Positions 44,275-56,223 are shown, numbered from the stretch's first letter. The stretch is 64,000 nucleotides of DNA from Firmicutes bacterium UBA1422 (GCA_002304835.1 DBPK01000007.1:18650-82649); one strand, 5' to 3'. Notes: generated from the letters alone by a model not told the origin. Program-made: numbers and translations.

Positions 44275-45558
44275 CTATATTTTTTTCAGTGCCTGATCGA
44301 AATCTTCTTTTATATCTTCTATATCCTCTATTCCCACGGAAACCCTTATAAGTTCCGGTTTTATTCCTGCATTTATCTGATCTTCCAAAGACATCTGCCT
44401 GTGGGTGGAACTGGCCGGGTGAAGTACGCTGGTGCGCACGTCCCCCACATGGACCACCAGACTGGTAAGTTCCAGGGCCTTAAGGAATTTTTCTCCGGCT
44501 TCTCTTCCACCTTTGACTCCGAAGCTCAGCACTCCGCTCTGTCCCTTGGGAAGGTACTTCTTGGCCAGATCATAGTATTTATCTCCCTTGAGCCCGGGAT
44601 ATGTCACCCAGTCTGTCATGGGATGGCTCTTAAGAAACCCGGCCATGGCCAGGGCGTTTTTGCTGTGTCTTTCCATACGCAGATGCAGTGTCTGAAGTCC
44701 CTGACATGTAAGGTATGCGTTCATGGGAGACATGGCGCATCCCAGATCTCTTAACATCTGTGCTCTCAGTTTAACGGAAAAAGCCATTTTTCCGTATTTT
44801 TCATAAAATTTTATACCGTGGTAGCTTTCGTCCGGCTCGGTCATTCCCGGATATTTTCCGTTCTTTGACCAGTCAAATTCTCCGCCTTCCACTACGATCC
44901 CGCCTACACAACTGGCATGCCCGTCGCAGTATTTTGTTGTGGAATGTATGACTATATCGGCTCCCAGCAAAAGGGGCCTGCAAAGGGCGGGGCTTGCCAG
45001 GGTATTATCTATTATAAGGGGCACCTCAAGGGTCTTGGCCGCCTTGCTGAATTTATCAAAATCAAGGATGGTAAGGGCGGGATTGCCCAGGGATTCTGCA
45101 AATATCAGTTTTGTTTCAGGTCTTGCTGCAGCAATGATGTCCTCGATCCCTCCATCCTGGTCTATGAATGTACAGTCGATGCCCATCTTTCTCAAGGTGA
45201 CATCAAAAAGGTTGTATGTACCACCGTAAAGGCTTTTTGAAGCTATGAAATGATCTCCGGAATTACAGATGTTGAATATTGCTATAAGGGTCGCCGACAT
45301 ACCTGCCGATGCTGCGATCGCAGCACTTCCACCCTCCAGTGCGGCCATTTTTTCTTCCAGGCATTTCACCGTGGGATTATCAAGACGGGTGTAGGCGCAG
45401 GTGGGGCTGTTCAGGTCGAACCATTCCGCCACATCCGCAGGGTCATAATATCTGTATGTGGTGCTCTGGGCTATGGGCGGTGTCTGGGGCTGTCCGCTTT
45501 CTGCTTTGTATCCGGCATGTACACAGTCTGTATTGAATTTATATTTTTTTTCTGTCAT
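44275..45558 (-). CDS. metY: O-acetylhomoserine aminocarboxypropyltransferase/sulfhydrylase (PLP)
   Basis: PLP-lysine motif HSTTKY. Cys/Met-metabolism PLP family length (427 aa). Confidence 0.85.
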   Translation of the reverse strand: MTEKKYKFNTDCVHAGYKAESGQPQTPPIAQSTTYRYYDPADVAEWFDLNSPTCAYTRLDNPTVKCLEEKMAALEGGSAAIAASAGMSATLIAIFNICNSGDHFIASKSLYGGTYNLFDVTLRKMGIDCTFIDQDGGIEDIIAAARPETKLIFAESLGNPALTILDFDKFSKAAKTLEVPLIIDNTLASPALCRPLLLGADIVIHSTTKYCDGHASCVGGIVVEGGEFDWSKNGKYPGMTEPDESYHGIKFYEKYGKMAFSVKLRAQMLRDLGCAMSPMNAYLTCQGLQTLHLRMERHSKNALAMAGFLKSHPMTDWVTYPGLKGDKYYDLAKKYLPKGQSGVLSFGVKGGREAGEKFLKALELTSLVVHVGDVRTSVLHPASSTHRQMSLEDQINAGIKPELIRVSVGIEDIEDIKEDFDQALKKI

Positions 45559-45660
45559 TTTTTCTTCCTCGTTTTCTCTATGATTTGAAGGTTATTATAT
45601 CACAAAAACTAATAATTATGAAACATTGATTTTGCACTGTTTTTTGCTTCTTGAATACAT

Positions 45661-45688
45661 AAAAACAGGACCTCCCTTGGAGGTCCCG
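45661..45688 (-). terminator. groEL terminator
   Basis: GGACCTCC-ctt-GGAGGTCC at 45668-45686, followed on the minus strand by TGTTTTT. Confidence 0.75.
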
Positions 45689-45730
45689 TTTCTTTGGTTC
45701 ATGCTTTGATTATTCTATTTCGGCTCTTTC

Positions 45731-47371
<1,641 letters not shown>

Positions 47372-47386
47372 TTATCCCTACCTTTC

Positions 47387-47668
47387 TTATTTGTCTACCT
47401 TAGCCAATACATCTTTCTGGCTTAAGATCGTGTATTCTTCACCGTCATATTTAACTTCTGTTCCTGCATATTTCGAATAAAACACCATGTCGCCTGCCGC
47501 CAGTTCCATTTTTTCTTCTTCTGTTCCGGGGCCTACTGCAACTACTTCTGCCATTTCAGGCTGTTCCTTTGCCTGCCCTGTCAAAATGATACCGCTCTGT
47601 GTCTTTTCTTCGGCTTCAAGTTTTTTGATTACAACTCTGTCTCCTAATGGTTTGATTCCAAAACTCAT
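47387..47668 (-). CDS. groS: Co-chaperonin GroES
   Basis: Start set at [15 protein letters not shown] after GGAGGTAGAGAC. 93 aa. Confidence 0.95.
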   Translation of the reverse strand: MSFGIKPLGDRVVIKKLEAEEKTQSGIILTGQAKEQPEMAEVVAVGPGTEEEKMELAAGDMVFYSKYAGTEVKYDGEEYTILSQKDVLAKVDK

Positions 47669-47696
47669 TGTCTCTACCTCCACGTATAGTATATTG

Positions 47697-47723
47697 TTAG
47701 CACTCATCAATTTTGAGTGCTAA
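47697..47723 (-). promoter_or_regulatory. CIRCE operator (HrcA binding site)
   Basis: Perfect TTAGCACTC-N9-GAGTGCTAA, 29 nt upstream of the groES start. Confidence 0.9.
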
Positions 47724-47892
47724 ATCCATTCTACTCGTTTCATCTTCGATGTCAATACTTTTTTTAAAAAAAAATTTGTTTTTTTGTGGAAGAGTCCTTT
47801 TTTTCGCATCACAACTCCAAAAAACAAGCTGCCACCCATCTTTTTTGCCTTGACGGATGGCAATTTTACCTTTACGACCTTAATTTTGACAT

Positions 47893-48696
47893 TCAGTCCT
47901 GTTTTTCCGTAAAATTGCTCCTGAAAGAGGAACTGTTTAGTAATTCAGAGACATTATTATAGTTGTAGAATCCGGCTATGCTGTAATTACCGGAAGTATT
48001 CACATAGACCCTGCCATCGATGCTAAGTACCTTGCCCCTCCAAAGCCCCTGAAGACTATCTTCATAAGAGATATCGACTCCATAGAATACGACGCTGGTC
48101 CTGTTTCCCAGATAGTAGGGCCTCCAATACATGGCCTTTCCTTCAAATGCGGTTCCGGAAAGTACATCGCCGCTGACTTCCGGCAGTCCGCCGTATTCTT
48201 CATGCACAGATCTTATCACATCGCTCCTGTCCCATCCGGTATAGGCGGCGGCTATTCTTTTGGATATGGCTTCGAAAACTGAAAAATCATCTGTTTCCGA
48301 TACACATCCGCAAAGAAATTCTCCCTTTGGTCTGTTATTTTTATATGTGAAACGAAATTCGTAGGGCTGTCCGTGGACCGGACATATTATGGAACTTTCA
48401 TAATACTCGTTGTCAAGCATATACTGTGCCACATCCTGTCCTGTTATGGCGATCACCTCATCTTCCGAAGTGCATTTTCTGATCTCATCATCATAATGAT
48501 ACATGGCCAGGAATTTCTGTGACAGATCTCCCCGCTGCACCTTGCACTGGGCGACCTTTGTCTTGTCCACATAAGACACATAGGAAGGTATCAATATGGC
48601 GGCTAATATAACAAGGATCACCAAGACTATGATTACCTCCACCAGGGTAAATCCTTTTTTGCTCTTTATTTTATTATTTTTTTTCAGATCCCACAT
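47893..48696 (-). CDS. Prepilin-type N-terminal cleavage/methylation domain protein (pilin/pseudopilin-like)
   Basis: KKGFTLVEVIIVLVILVILAAILIP class III signal. 267 aa with an unassigned C-terminal domain. Confidence 0.7.
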   Translation of the reverse strand: MWDLKKNNKIKSKKGFTLVEVIIVLVILVILAAILIPSYVSYVDKTKVAQCKVQRGDLSQKFLAMYHYDDEIRKCTSEDEVIAITGQDVAQYMLDNEYYESSIICPVHGQPYEFRFTYKNNRPKGEFLCGCVSETDDFSVFEAISKRIAAAYTGWDRSDVIRSVHEEYGGLPEVSGDVLSGTAFEGKAMYWRPYYLGNRTSVVFYGVDISYEDSLQGLWRGKVLSIDGRVYVNTSGNYSIAGFYNYNNVSELLNSSSFRSNFTEKQD

Positions 48697-48755
48697 ATCA
48701 ATATCCCCTATAGATCAATATATCCAGTTTAGCCGGATCAGTCTTGACCTTTTTG

Positions 48756-49517
48756 TTAAAACAGATTTTGGATCCCCATTATAAGGCAGGGCATGAATAC
48801 TGCCGGTATCATGTTTGCAACCTTTATTTCTTTGATGTCCAGGAAATTGAATCCTATGGCGGCTATTACCAAACTCCCCGAAGCTCCCATTTCAACTATC
48901 ATGTCAGCAGGCACAAATCCGGCTGCTTTCATAGATATGAATGCTATGAGTCCTTCATATATAAAAGTGGGCACCGCCGAAAAAGCCACTCCTATGCCCA
49001 TCTGATAGGCAAAAAGTATACATATGGTGCCGTCAAGTATGGATTTTGCAAAAAGCATTTCATGGTCACCCATAAGCCCGCTCTGCATGGCTCCCACTAT
49101 GGCCATGGATCCCGTGCAGAATATTATGGTGGCTGAAACGAATCCCTTGGTAAAATCACTGCCGGATCTTCCTTTGCCTGTATGCTCCAGGACAAATTCC
49201 TGATCATCGGTTTCAAATTCTTTCTGCTTTGAAAGTCCCAGCTTTTTTTCTGTCCATTCTCCAAGCCGGTTCATTCCTCGGTCTATATTTATTGCTTCTC
49301 CTATTATTGATCCGATCACCATGCTGAGTATAAGAACCAGACTGTGGGTGCTTTCCATGGCTCCCGATATGCCTATATATATTACTGCCAGTCCCAGTGC
49401 TTTCATTATTATCTGCTGTATCCTGTCCGGGACGCTTTCTCCCAGTATCTTTGAGAGCAAAAGTCCTGCCAGTGAACATCCTATTATTGCCGCTGCATTT
49501 ACAATTGGTCCTAACAT
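48756..49517 (-). CDS. DUF554-family membrane protein
   Basis: Polytopic, MLGPIVNAAAIIGCSLAGLLL N-terminus. Family assignment is from memory. Confidence 0.55.
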   Translation of the reverse strand: MLGPIVNAAAIIGCSLAGLLLSKILGESVPDRIQQIIMKALGLAVIYIGISGAMESTHSLVLILSMVIGSIIGEAINIDRGMNRLGEWTEKKLGLSKQKEFETDDQEFVLEHTGKGRSGSDFTKGFVSATIIFCTGSMAIVGAMQSGLMGDHEMLFAKSILDGTICILFAYQMGIGVAFSAVPTFIYEGLIAFISMKAAGFVPADMIVEMGASGSLVIAAIGFNFLDIKEIKVANMIPAVFMPCLIMGIQNLF

Positions 49518-50459
49518 CTACCTACTCTTGTCTTCCTTTCTTTTTCCGTCTTTTTTTCTCATATGATAATAAAGATACTGCTGTGCTATGCCCGCATATT
49601 CGCCAAAGGTCGCTTCGGCGAAATCACTCATTCCTTTTATGTCGTCTTCAGCAAATCCATAAAGCTCATGCATTACTTTTCTCATCCACACATCCACAGG
49701 GAAGCGGTTTTTCTTTTTTAAAGAAAAAAGCAGTATACAGTCCGCCACCTTTGGCCCTACTCCTGAAAGGTTTTTGATATATGAAAAACCGTCTTCACAG
49801 TTACACTCTCTCAGTTCTTCCAGTTTTTCTTTGCCGTCCTCTTCTATTTTTGCCGCTGTTTTTATAAGATAATCAGCCCTGTAACCCAGTCTGCAGCAGG
49901 CCAGATCCTCTTTCGTAAGTGCCGCCAGCACCCGTGGCTCCGGCAGACTGTAATATTCTTTTCCCCTGTATGTGCCTGCCCTTTGACCAAAATTCTCCGC
50001 CAGACAGTTTATGCATTTTTTTATTCTGGGTATATTGTTGTTTGATGATATTATGAAGGATACCACCGTTTCCCATGGCTCCTGATCCAGTATCCTTATG
50101 CCTTCTCCGCTTTTTATGACTTCTCCCATGACCGGATCCCTTGATGCCAGTTCTTTTTTTATTTTGCCGTAATCCCGGTCAAGATCAAAATACTCCCTCC
50201 AGAAAGAAATTTCCTGTTCCTTTTGCAATTCCCCGATCTGACCATTATGCTCTTCTTCCCAGGTTGTTTCTATGGTAAGTGTTCCCGGGCCAAAGGGGGT
50301 TTCAGGATCATGCGTCTTGAAATATATACTGCCTATATTTCCCTTTGTGATGCCCTCATAGCTTCCGTCACTTTGCCTTTCCCATCTGAAACACTGACCG
50401 CAACCGAATATATGATCCAAACTGAAGTCTTTTACACCTTCGATTGATATCGTTTTCAT
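49518..50459 (-). CDS. ogg: 8-oxoguanine DNA glycosylase / HhH-GPD family
   Basis: HhH-GPD motif LSGVGPKVADCILLFSL with catalytic Lys, and a downstream VDVW Asp. Confidence 0.7.
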   Translation of the reverse strand: MKTISIEGVKDFSLDHIFGCGQCFRWERQSDGSYEGITKGNIGSIYFKTHDPETPFGPGTLTIETTWEEEHNGQIGELQKEQEISFWREYFDLDRDYGKIKKELASRDPVMGEVIKSGEGIRILDQEPWETVVSFIISSNNNIPRIKKCINCLAENFGQRAGTYRGKEYYSLPEPRVLAALTKEDLACCRLGYRADYLIKTAAKIEEDGKEKLEELRECNCEDGFSYIKNLSGVGPKVADCILLFSLKKKNRFPVDVWMRKVMHELYGFAEDDIKGMSDFAEATFGEYAGIAQQYLYYHMRKKDGKRKEDKSR

Positions 50460-51259
50460 CTAAGTCCTCTTATTTCTATATTTATATGCTTTATGTTGAA
50501 AGCCGTCATTTTTTCTATCATTTCTGCGGCTCTTTTCTGCAGTGACACGGCCGCCGCAGCCGCGTGGGAATCCACATGCATGCTTGTAAGTACGGTTATC
50601 CGAAGGCCGCTCTGTCTTTTGTCTGTCATGACACGCATGATATCACTCACTCCCTTTGTTTCACTGCCCACTCTTTCTACTATATCACTTATGACTTTGT
50701 CTGAGATGATAAAATCTCCCATATAGCTGTAGGTGGGCCTGACCACAGACTTCTCACTGAAATCCGCCTTTGTTCCCCATCCCCTGAATATGCGCAAGGG
50801 ATCCACAAAATATCCTGAAAACTGTCTTTTTAACTGGAAAGTAGGTACCGGCACCACGTGCTTTCCCTGTCCTTTTCTCTGTTTTACTGCTATTTCTCTC
50901 TCATTTTCAGTGGTTATCTCTTCAATATATACCGTTTCTTCTATCCTTGGAAGCTCCAGTCTGTCTACTATTTTCTGCACCATGGTATCGGATGTTCCGA
51001 TAACCAGTACGCTTTGGGGGTTTACTTCCTTTATCTTTTTTATGACTCTTGCCTTATGTTCATCAGTATTGAAAAGGGCTGTTTTTATGGCTCCCACTTT
51101 TGTTGGCTGCCTTTTGGCTGATATGCCCGTTATGGCATCATTATTATATATGAAAAGTCCGTCATCGATTATGCTCTCTATGTCCTTGTCCTTGCACAGA
51201 CTCATGGCCTGATAACTCTTTCCGGTTCCGCTTTTTCCCACTAGTGCATAAACTTTCAT
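50456..51259 (-). CDS. P-loop NTPase with a C-terminal Asp23/Gls24-like region
   Basis: Walker A LVGKSGTGKSY. The C-terminal ~100 aa resembles Asp23 (ISDKVISDIV..GV..IEIRGL). Confidence 0.5.
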   Translation of the reverse strand: MKVYALVGKSGTGKSYQAMSLCKDKDIESIIDDGLFIYNNDAITGISAKRQPTKVGAIKTALFNTDEHKARVIKKIKEVNPQSVLVIGTSDTMVQKIVDRLELPRIEETVYIEEITTENEREIAVKQRKGQGKHVVPVPTFQLKRQFSGYFVDPLRIFRGWGTKADFSEKSVVRPTYSYMGDFIISDKVISDIVERVGSETKGVSDIMRVMTDKRQSGLRITVLTSMHVDSHAAAAAVSLQKRAAEMIEKMTAFNIKHINIEIRGLR

Positions 51260-51355
51260 TTTCTCTTATCCTTTTTCTTTACTTATTGATTTCCCTTTGG
51301 TATAATTACTCCCATAAACAATAAACCAATGAATTCTTACAAGGAGGATTTTAAA

Positions 51356-51526
51356 ATGGCGTACACAATTTCTGACGATTGTATAAACTGCGGTGTATGT
51401 AAGGAAGACTGTCCAGTCGATGCCATCACTGAAGGCGAAGAAAAACATGTAATAGACGCAGAAAAATGTATCGACTGTGGAGCATGCGCAGAGAACTGTC
51501 CAGTTGATGCTCCTAAACCTGAGTAA
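51356..51526 (+). CDS. 2x[4Fe-4S] ferredoxin
   Basis: CINCGVCKEDCP and CIDCGACAENCP. Start set at MAYTISD after AAGGAGG. Confidence 0.85.
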   Translation: MAYTISDDCINCGVCKEDCPVDAITEGEEKHVIDAEKCIDCGACAENCPVDAPKPE

Positions 51527-51550
51527 TCAAACCAGTCAGATATAGCTAAT

Positions 51551-51581
51551 AACCGTTTCCCAAAAGAAACGGTTATTTTTA
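51551..51581 (+). terminator. Ferredoxin terminator
   Basis: AACCGTTTC-ccaaaa-GAAACGGTT followed by ATTTTTA. Confidence 0.7.
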
Positions 51582-51588
51582 TTGTCAG

Positions 51589-52221
51589 CTATTCCTTTTT
51601 ATTCATATGATATGCCAGTGCATGCAGGCTGTCAGAAAGATGTACCTGTTCAAGAGCCACATGTCCGGGGACCTCAAGGTCCAGCGGAGCAAAGTTCCAT
51701 ATCCCCCTGACCCCGGCGAAACACATCTTGTCCGCTACTTCCTGGGCACTGTCTTTGCCGGTGCATATTATGCCTATATCTATATGTTTTTTTTCTATGA
51801 ATTCAACCATTCCTTCATAGTCCATAACTTCAACGTCATGGATCTTTTCGCCGATCAGTTCCGTATTTGTTTCAAATATACCTTCCACAAGAAAACCGGA
51901 TTTATAGTAACTGGTATAGTTGGCTATGGCTCTCCCCAGATTGCCGGCGCCTGCTATGACCATCCTGTACTTCTTATCAAGTCCCAGTATCGCGCTTATT
52001 TCGTTATAAAGGTCATCGACATTATATCCGTATCCCTGCTGTCCGAATCCGCCGAAATTGTTAAGGTCCTGCCTGATCTGCGAGGCAGTATAGCCTATAA
52101 GGCTGCTGAACTCATTGGACGATATTTTTTTTATTCCTTTTTTCTGCAGCTCTCTGAGATATCGCCTGTATCTCGGAAGTCTTCTTATTACTGCATTGGA
52201 TATCCTGGCTTCTTTTTTCAT
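51589..52221 (-). CDS. rex: Redox-sensing repressor Rex
   Basis: VIRRLPRYRRYL..SSNEFS..ASQIRQDLNNFGGFGQQGYGYNV. Rossmann motif IAGAGNLG. Confidence 0.9.
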   Translation of the reverse strand: MKKEARISNAVIRRLPRYRRYLRELQKKGIKKISSNEFSSLIGYTASQIRQDLNNFGGFGQQGYGYNVDDLYNEISAILGLDKKYRMVIAGAGNLGRAIANYTSYYKSGFLVEGIFETNTELIGEKIHDVEVMDYEGMVEFIEKKHIDIGIICTGKDSAQEVADKMCFAGVRGIWNFAPLDLEVPGHVALEQVHLSDSLHALAYHMNKKE

Positions 52222-52223
52222 GT

Positions 52224-52454
52224 CTATTTGCCCTTTTCTTCAACGAACTTGACCAGATCGCTTACGCGCTGGAATTTCTCTGCCTCCTCATCGGGGATCT
52301 CGATATTATATTTCTCCTCAATAGCCATGATTATTTCGACAGCATCAATGGAATCCGCTTCCAGGTCCTTCATCAGATGGGTTTCCATATTCACATCTGC
52401 CGCATCAACTTTCAACTGATCGATTATTATCTCTTTTATAGCTTCAAAAATCAT
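52224..52454 (-). CDS. Acyl carrier protein
   Basis: 76 aa. Phosphopantetheine site LEADSIDAVE. Confidence 0.75.
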   Translation of the reverse strand: MIFEAIKEIIIDQLKVDAADVNMETHLMKDLEADSIDAVEIIMAIEEKYNIEIPDEEAEKFQRVSDLVKFVEEKGK

Positions 52455-52493
52455 AGTTTACCTCCATAATAATAGTTTCCCGTTAATTATAGT

Positions 52494-54494
52494 TTAGGAA
52501 TCGTGGTATTGCAACCATTTTTGATATTTTTTTGTCAGTTCTTCTTTTGCCTGGGAAAGCCTTTCCCCCATGTTTTCAAGGGTTTGAAGGTTTTTTTGGG
52601 CTTCTTCCCCGCACATTTGTTTTTCCAGATCTCCGATCTCTTTTTCAAGCATCTCGATTTCCTGTTCTGTAGCTTTTTTTTCTCTTTGGAGACGTCTTTC
52701 TTCTGCCTCCCTTTGCTTCTTCATTTTTCTTTCTTCTGCAGGATCCGGTGCCTTTTCTCTTTTTCCCGGTTCCTCTTCCTGAATGTTTTCCCGGGTATTT
52801 CCCCTTTCTTTTTCCTGTACTTTTCTGTCTTTGTTTTTTAATTCATCAAGATACTTGCTGCCGGATCCGGTCTCCTTTTTTTTCTCTGCATAATAATCAT
52901 AATTCCCCAGGAATTCAACGAAGCCCTGATCTGTCAGTTCAAGTATCCTGTCCGGTATCTTTTTCAAAAAATATCTGTCATGGGATATGGCCATTACCGT
53001 CCCCGGAAAATCCACAAGAGCATCCTCGAATATTTCTCTTGAATCTATGTCAAGATGGTTGGTGGGCTCATCCAGCAAAAGGACATTATCTCCGGAAAGC
53101 ATTAGTTTCAGTAGTGCCAGCCTGGCTTTTTCTCCACCGGAAAGGGCGCCGACTTTCAGGAATACCGCATCTCCCCGAAAAAGGAACCTGCCCAGTATAG
53201 AGCGCATCTCTGTATCGCTATAGAGCCGGTATGCCTCCTTCAGTTCTTCCAACACAGTATTCCCCGGCGAAAGTCTCTGCTGTCCCTGATCATAATAACC
53301 GAAGCTCACATTATGTCCATTTTTTATATATCCGGAATCGGGCTCTATTTCTCCGGTGAGCATTCTCATAAAAGTGGTCTTCCCTATACCGTTTTGCCCC
53401 ACTATGCATATCCGCTCTCCCCGTTTGATGTCCACATCAAGTCCCTCAAAAAGGGTTTTTTTATTACTGCCGTGACCAAAAGCTTTGGAAAGTCCCTCTG
53501 CGAGCACCACATCTTTTCCGCTTTTGAATTTTTCTTTGAAAGATATTTTTATTTTACTGCGGCCGGCTGCCGGAGCTTCCGGTTTCTCCATCCTGGCCAG
53601 CATTTTTTCTCTTGATGCCGCCCTTTTGGCCAACTTTTCGGTGCCGTGCCCCTTGAAGCGTCTTATTATTTCTTCCTGCTTTTTTATTTGTTTCTGTGTG
53701 TTCTGATAATGTCTGAATTCCACTTCCCTTTTCAGGCGTTTTTTTTCGGCGAATCCGTCATAGCCTCCTTCATATTTAAAAAGTCTGTGGTTCTCTATTT
53801 CGAAAATCCGGTTTACTGTCCGGTCAAGAAAATACCGGTCATGGGAAACGATCAGGATGGTGCCCTTATATGATTTCAGATACTGCTCCAGCCAGTTTAT
53901 CGTGCCGATGTCAAGATGGTTAGTAGGCTCGTCAAGAAAAAGCATGTCCGGTTTTTCAAGAAGAAGACTCGCAAGAGCCAGTCTGGTCTTTTCCCCTCCC
54001 GAAAGGGTGCTGACCGTTTTTTGGTACATCTCGGGTCCGAAGGCCATGCTGGAAAGAACACCCTTTATTTCACTTTTGTATAAGTAGCCTCCCCTGTCCA
54101 TGAATTCATGCTGGATCCTGTCATATCTTGTAAGAAGCGGTTCCTGGTCAGGACTTCCGGCCAACCCGGCTATTTCTTTAGCCAGCATTTCCATTTCCTT
54201 TTCCATGGCGGGAAAGTGAGAAAATATTTTTTCGACCTGTTCTATCACCGTGCCCTCCGGCGAAAAATCGTCTTTTTGTTTCAGATAACCTATGGTGGTA
54301 TCTTCAGAAACAAAAAAATCACCGGACTCGGCTTTTGTTCTTCCTGCCAGTATATCAAGAAGCGTAGTTTTGCCGGCCCCGTTTATGCCTATGACACCCA
54401 CTCTGTCTCCCTTGTTTATGTTGAAGGAAACATCTTTCAGTATCACATCTTCACCGTATGCTTTTGCAATATCCTTTGCGCTTAAAATTATCAT
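52494..54494 (-). CDS. ABC-F family ATPase (two NBDs, C-terminal coiled coil)
   Basis: Walker A GINGAGKTT and GQNGIGKTT. Two LSGGEK signatures. No TM domain. Confidence 0.9.
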   Translation of the reverse strand: MIILSAKDIAKAYGEDVILKDVSFNINKGDRVGVIGINGAGKTTLLDILAGRTKAESGDFFVSEDTTIGYLKQKDDFSPEGTVIEQVEKIFSHFPAMEKEMEMLAKEIAGLAGSPDQEPLLTRYDRIQHEFMDRGGYLYKSEIKGVLSSMAFGPEMYQKTVSTLSGGEKTRLALASLLLEKPDMLFLDEPTNHLDIGTINWLEQYLKSYKGTILIVSHDRYFLDRTVNRIFEIENHRLFKYEGGYDGFAEKKRLKREVEFRHYQNTQKQIKKQEEIIRRFKGHGTEKLAKRAASREKMLARMEKPEAPAAGRSKIKISFKEKFKSGKDVVLAEGLSKAFGHGSNKKTLFEGLDVDIKRGERICIVGQNGIGKTTFMRMLTGEIEPDSGYIKNGHNVSFGYYDQGQQRLSPGNTVLEELKEAYRLYSDTEMRSILGRFLFRGDAVFLKVGALSGGEKARLALLKLMLSGDNVLLLDEPTNHLDIDSREIFEDALVDFPGTVMAISHDRYFLKKIPDRILELTDQGFVEFLGNYDYYAEKKKETGSGSKYLDELKNKDRKVQEKERGNTRENIQEEEPGKREKAPDPAEERKMKKQREAEERRLQREKKATEQEIEMLEKEIGDLEKQMCGEEAQKNLQTLENMGERLSQAKEELTKKYQKWLQYHDS

Positions 54495-54682
54495 TTTCGT
54501 TTAAGGTTGTTTTTGTTTTATCTTTCTTTTTTGCTTTTGTTTTACTTCTTGCTTTGCTTTTGTTTCATCCTTCTGTTATATGTTTTCCGGGACAGGTTTG
54601 CCTCTTCATTCATGAAAGAAGAGGATCGTTCCAATATGGATCAAATAAATATCAAAGGGGAAGAGCCCATAAGCATAGGCTG

Positions 54683-55729
54683 TCACAGGGACAGATCTGC
54701 ATAAGCATCCAGCGAAAGTCCGTCGGTTTTCCCTGCCTTTGCACTGTAATATGCAGCGCATCCGATCATGGCGGCGTTGTCCGTGCAAAGCACGGGCGGG
54801 GGAATGTAAAGTTCTATGCCCCGGCGGCCACAGGCGTCATCCAGCATTATCCTTAGACGGCTGTTGGCCGCCACGCCGCCGGCGACAACCAGCTTCGGCG
54901 TTTCCTTATTGTCGTTATACTCTTCCGCAGCCTTTACGGATTTTGCAACGATCACTTCCAAAACAGCCTGCTGAAATGAAGCGGCTATGTCTGCTATATT
55001 TTTGCTTTGATCGCTTCCCTGCCATCTTCCTGCCTGTTTTTCTGTATTGATGTGATTCAGCACACCGGTTTTTATACCGCTGAAACTGAAATCATAGGAG
55101 TCTTTTTCAAGATATACCCGCTTGAATCCTATGGCATGGGGATCTCCTTTTTTCGCCGCCGCATCGATAAGGGGGCCTCCGGGATATCCCAGTCCCAAAA
55201 CTCTTGCCACCTTGTCATAGGCCTCCCCTGCCGCATCATCCCTGGTGCCGCCTATGTACTCTAACGAATCATATCCGCTGACCCTTATAAGTTCCGTATG
55301 TCCGCCTGATACAACAAGAGCTGTAAAGGGAGGTTCAAGGTCCGGATGGGCTATGTAATTAGCACTAAGATGACCCTTTATATGATGTACTCCCACCAGA
55401 GGTTTTCCGGTGGAAAGGGCAAAAGCCTTGGCCGTTGCTATACCAACCAGGAGAGCTCCCACAAGTCCGGGTCCCTTGGTGACTCCGATAAGATCCACAT
55501 CTTTTATCGATGCCCCGGCCTCATCAAGAGCCGTTTTTATAACATGGTTAATATTGGTGAGATGATGCCTTGAGGCTATTTCGGGCACCACTCCCCCAAA
55601 AGCCTTGTGTATGTCTATCTGGGATGATATAACATTAGATAAAACCTGACGGCCCTCTGCCATAAGAGCGGCCGATGTTTCATCACAGCTTGTTTCTATC
55701 GCCAGTGTCAGATGCTTTCCGTCTAACAT
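54683..55729 (-). CDS. tsaD: tRNA N6-adenosine threonylcarbamoyltransferase
   Basis: AIETSCDETS..GVHHIKGH..; 348 aa. Confidence 0.95.
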   Translation of the reverse strand: MLDGKHLTLAIETSCDETSAALMAEGRQVLSNVISSQIDIHKAFGGVVPEIASRHHLTNINHVIKTALDEAGASIKDVDLIGVTKGPGLVGALLVGIATAKAFALSTGKPLVGVHHIKGHLSANYIAHPDLEPPFTALVVSGGHTELIRVSGYDSLEYIGGTRDDAAGEAYDKVARVLGLGYPGGPLIDAAAKKGDPHAIGFKRVYLEKDSYDFSFSGIKTGVLNHINTEKQAGRWQGSDQSKNIADIAASFQQAVLEVIVAKSVKAAEEYNDNKETPKLVVAGGVAANSRLRIMLDDACGRRGIELYIPPPVLCTDNAAMIGCAAYYSAKAGKTDGLSLDAYADLSL

Positions 55730-56223
55730 TTCTCCTCCCCGCCTTTTTCCTCTCCGTCTTTCTCCTCTTCAGTATCCAGCCACATTATATATGCGTCTTC
55801 ATTGTTCTCATAGTATCCGGACCGGATACCCAGTTCTGTGAAACCGTATTTTTTATAGAACCTGCGGGCAGCCGTGTTGTTTTTCCTGACTTCCAGTGTA
55901 AATCTTTTTATTCCCGCCTTAGATGTTTCTTTCAGCAAAAACTCCATAATAGATGAAGCTATATGCTTTTGTCTGAAGTCCGGATGTACAGCAATGTTTG
56001 TTATATGGCCCTCATCTATTATCAGCCATATACCTGCGTATCCTATTATTTTCCCTCCCTCTTTTTCGGGAAGTCTTGCCGTAAGATAAAAGGCCAGCTT
56101 GTTATGACCAAGCTCCCTCTCAAAAGAATCTCTGCTCCAGGGATGCTCAAAACATAAAGCATCAAGATCCGCCAGTTCATCCACATCATTTTCTTTTGCG
56201 GTCTCTATTATGAATCCTTTCAT
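55723..56223 (-). CDS. rimI: Ribosomal-protein-alanine N-acetyltransferase (GNAT)
   Basis: GNAT motif A RQKHIASSIMEF. Sits between tsaB and tsaD. Gly/Glu-rich C-terminal tail. Confidence 0.8.
   Translation of the reverse strand: MKGFIIETAKENDVDELADLDALCFEHPWSRDSFERELGHNKLAFYLTARLPEKEGGKIIGYAGIWLIIDEGHITNIAVHPDFRQKHIASSIMEFLLKETSKAGIKRFTLEVRKNNTAARRFYKKYGFTELGIRSGYYENNEDAYIMWLDTEEEKDGEEKGGEEKC

Noticed and set aside
45559-45660. Expected S-box (SAM) riboswitch or T-box leader upstream of metY-metA
   Set aside because: Only ~100 nt separate the groEL terminator from the metY start. The sequence has a TGTGATATAAT-type promoter but none of the conserved S-box/T-box elements.
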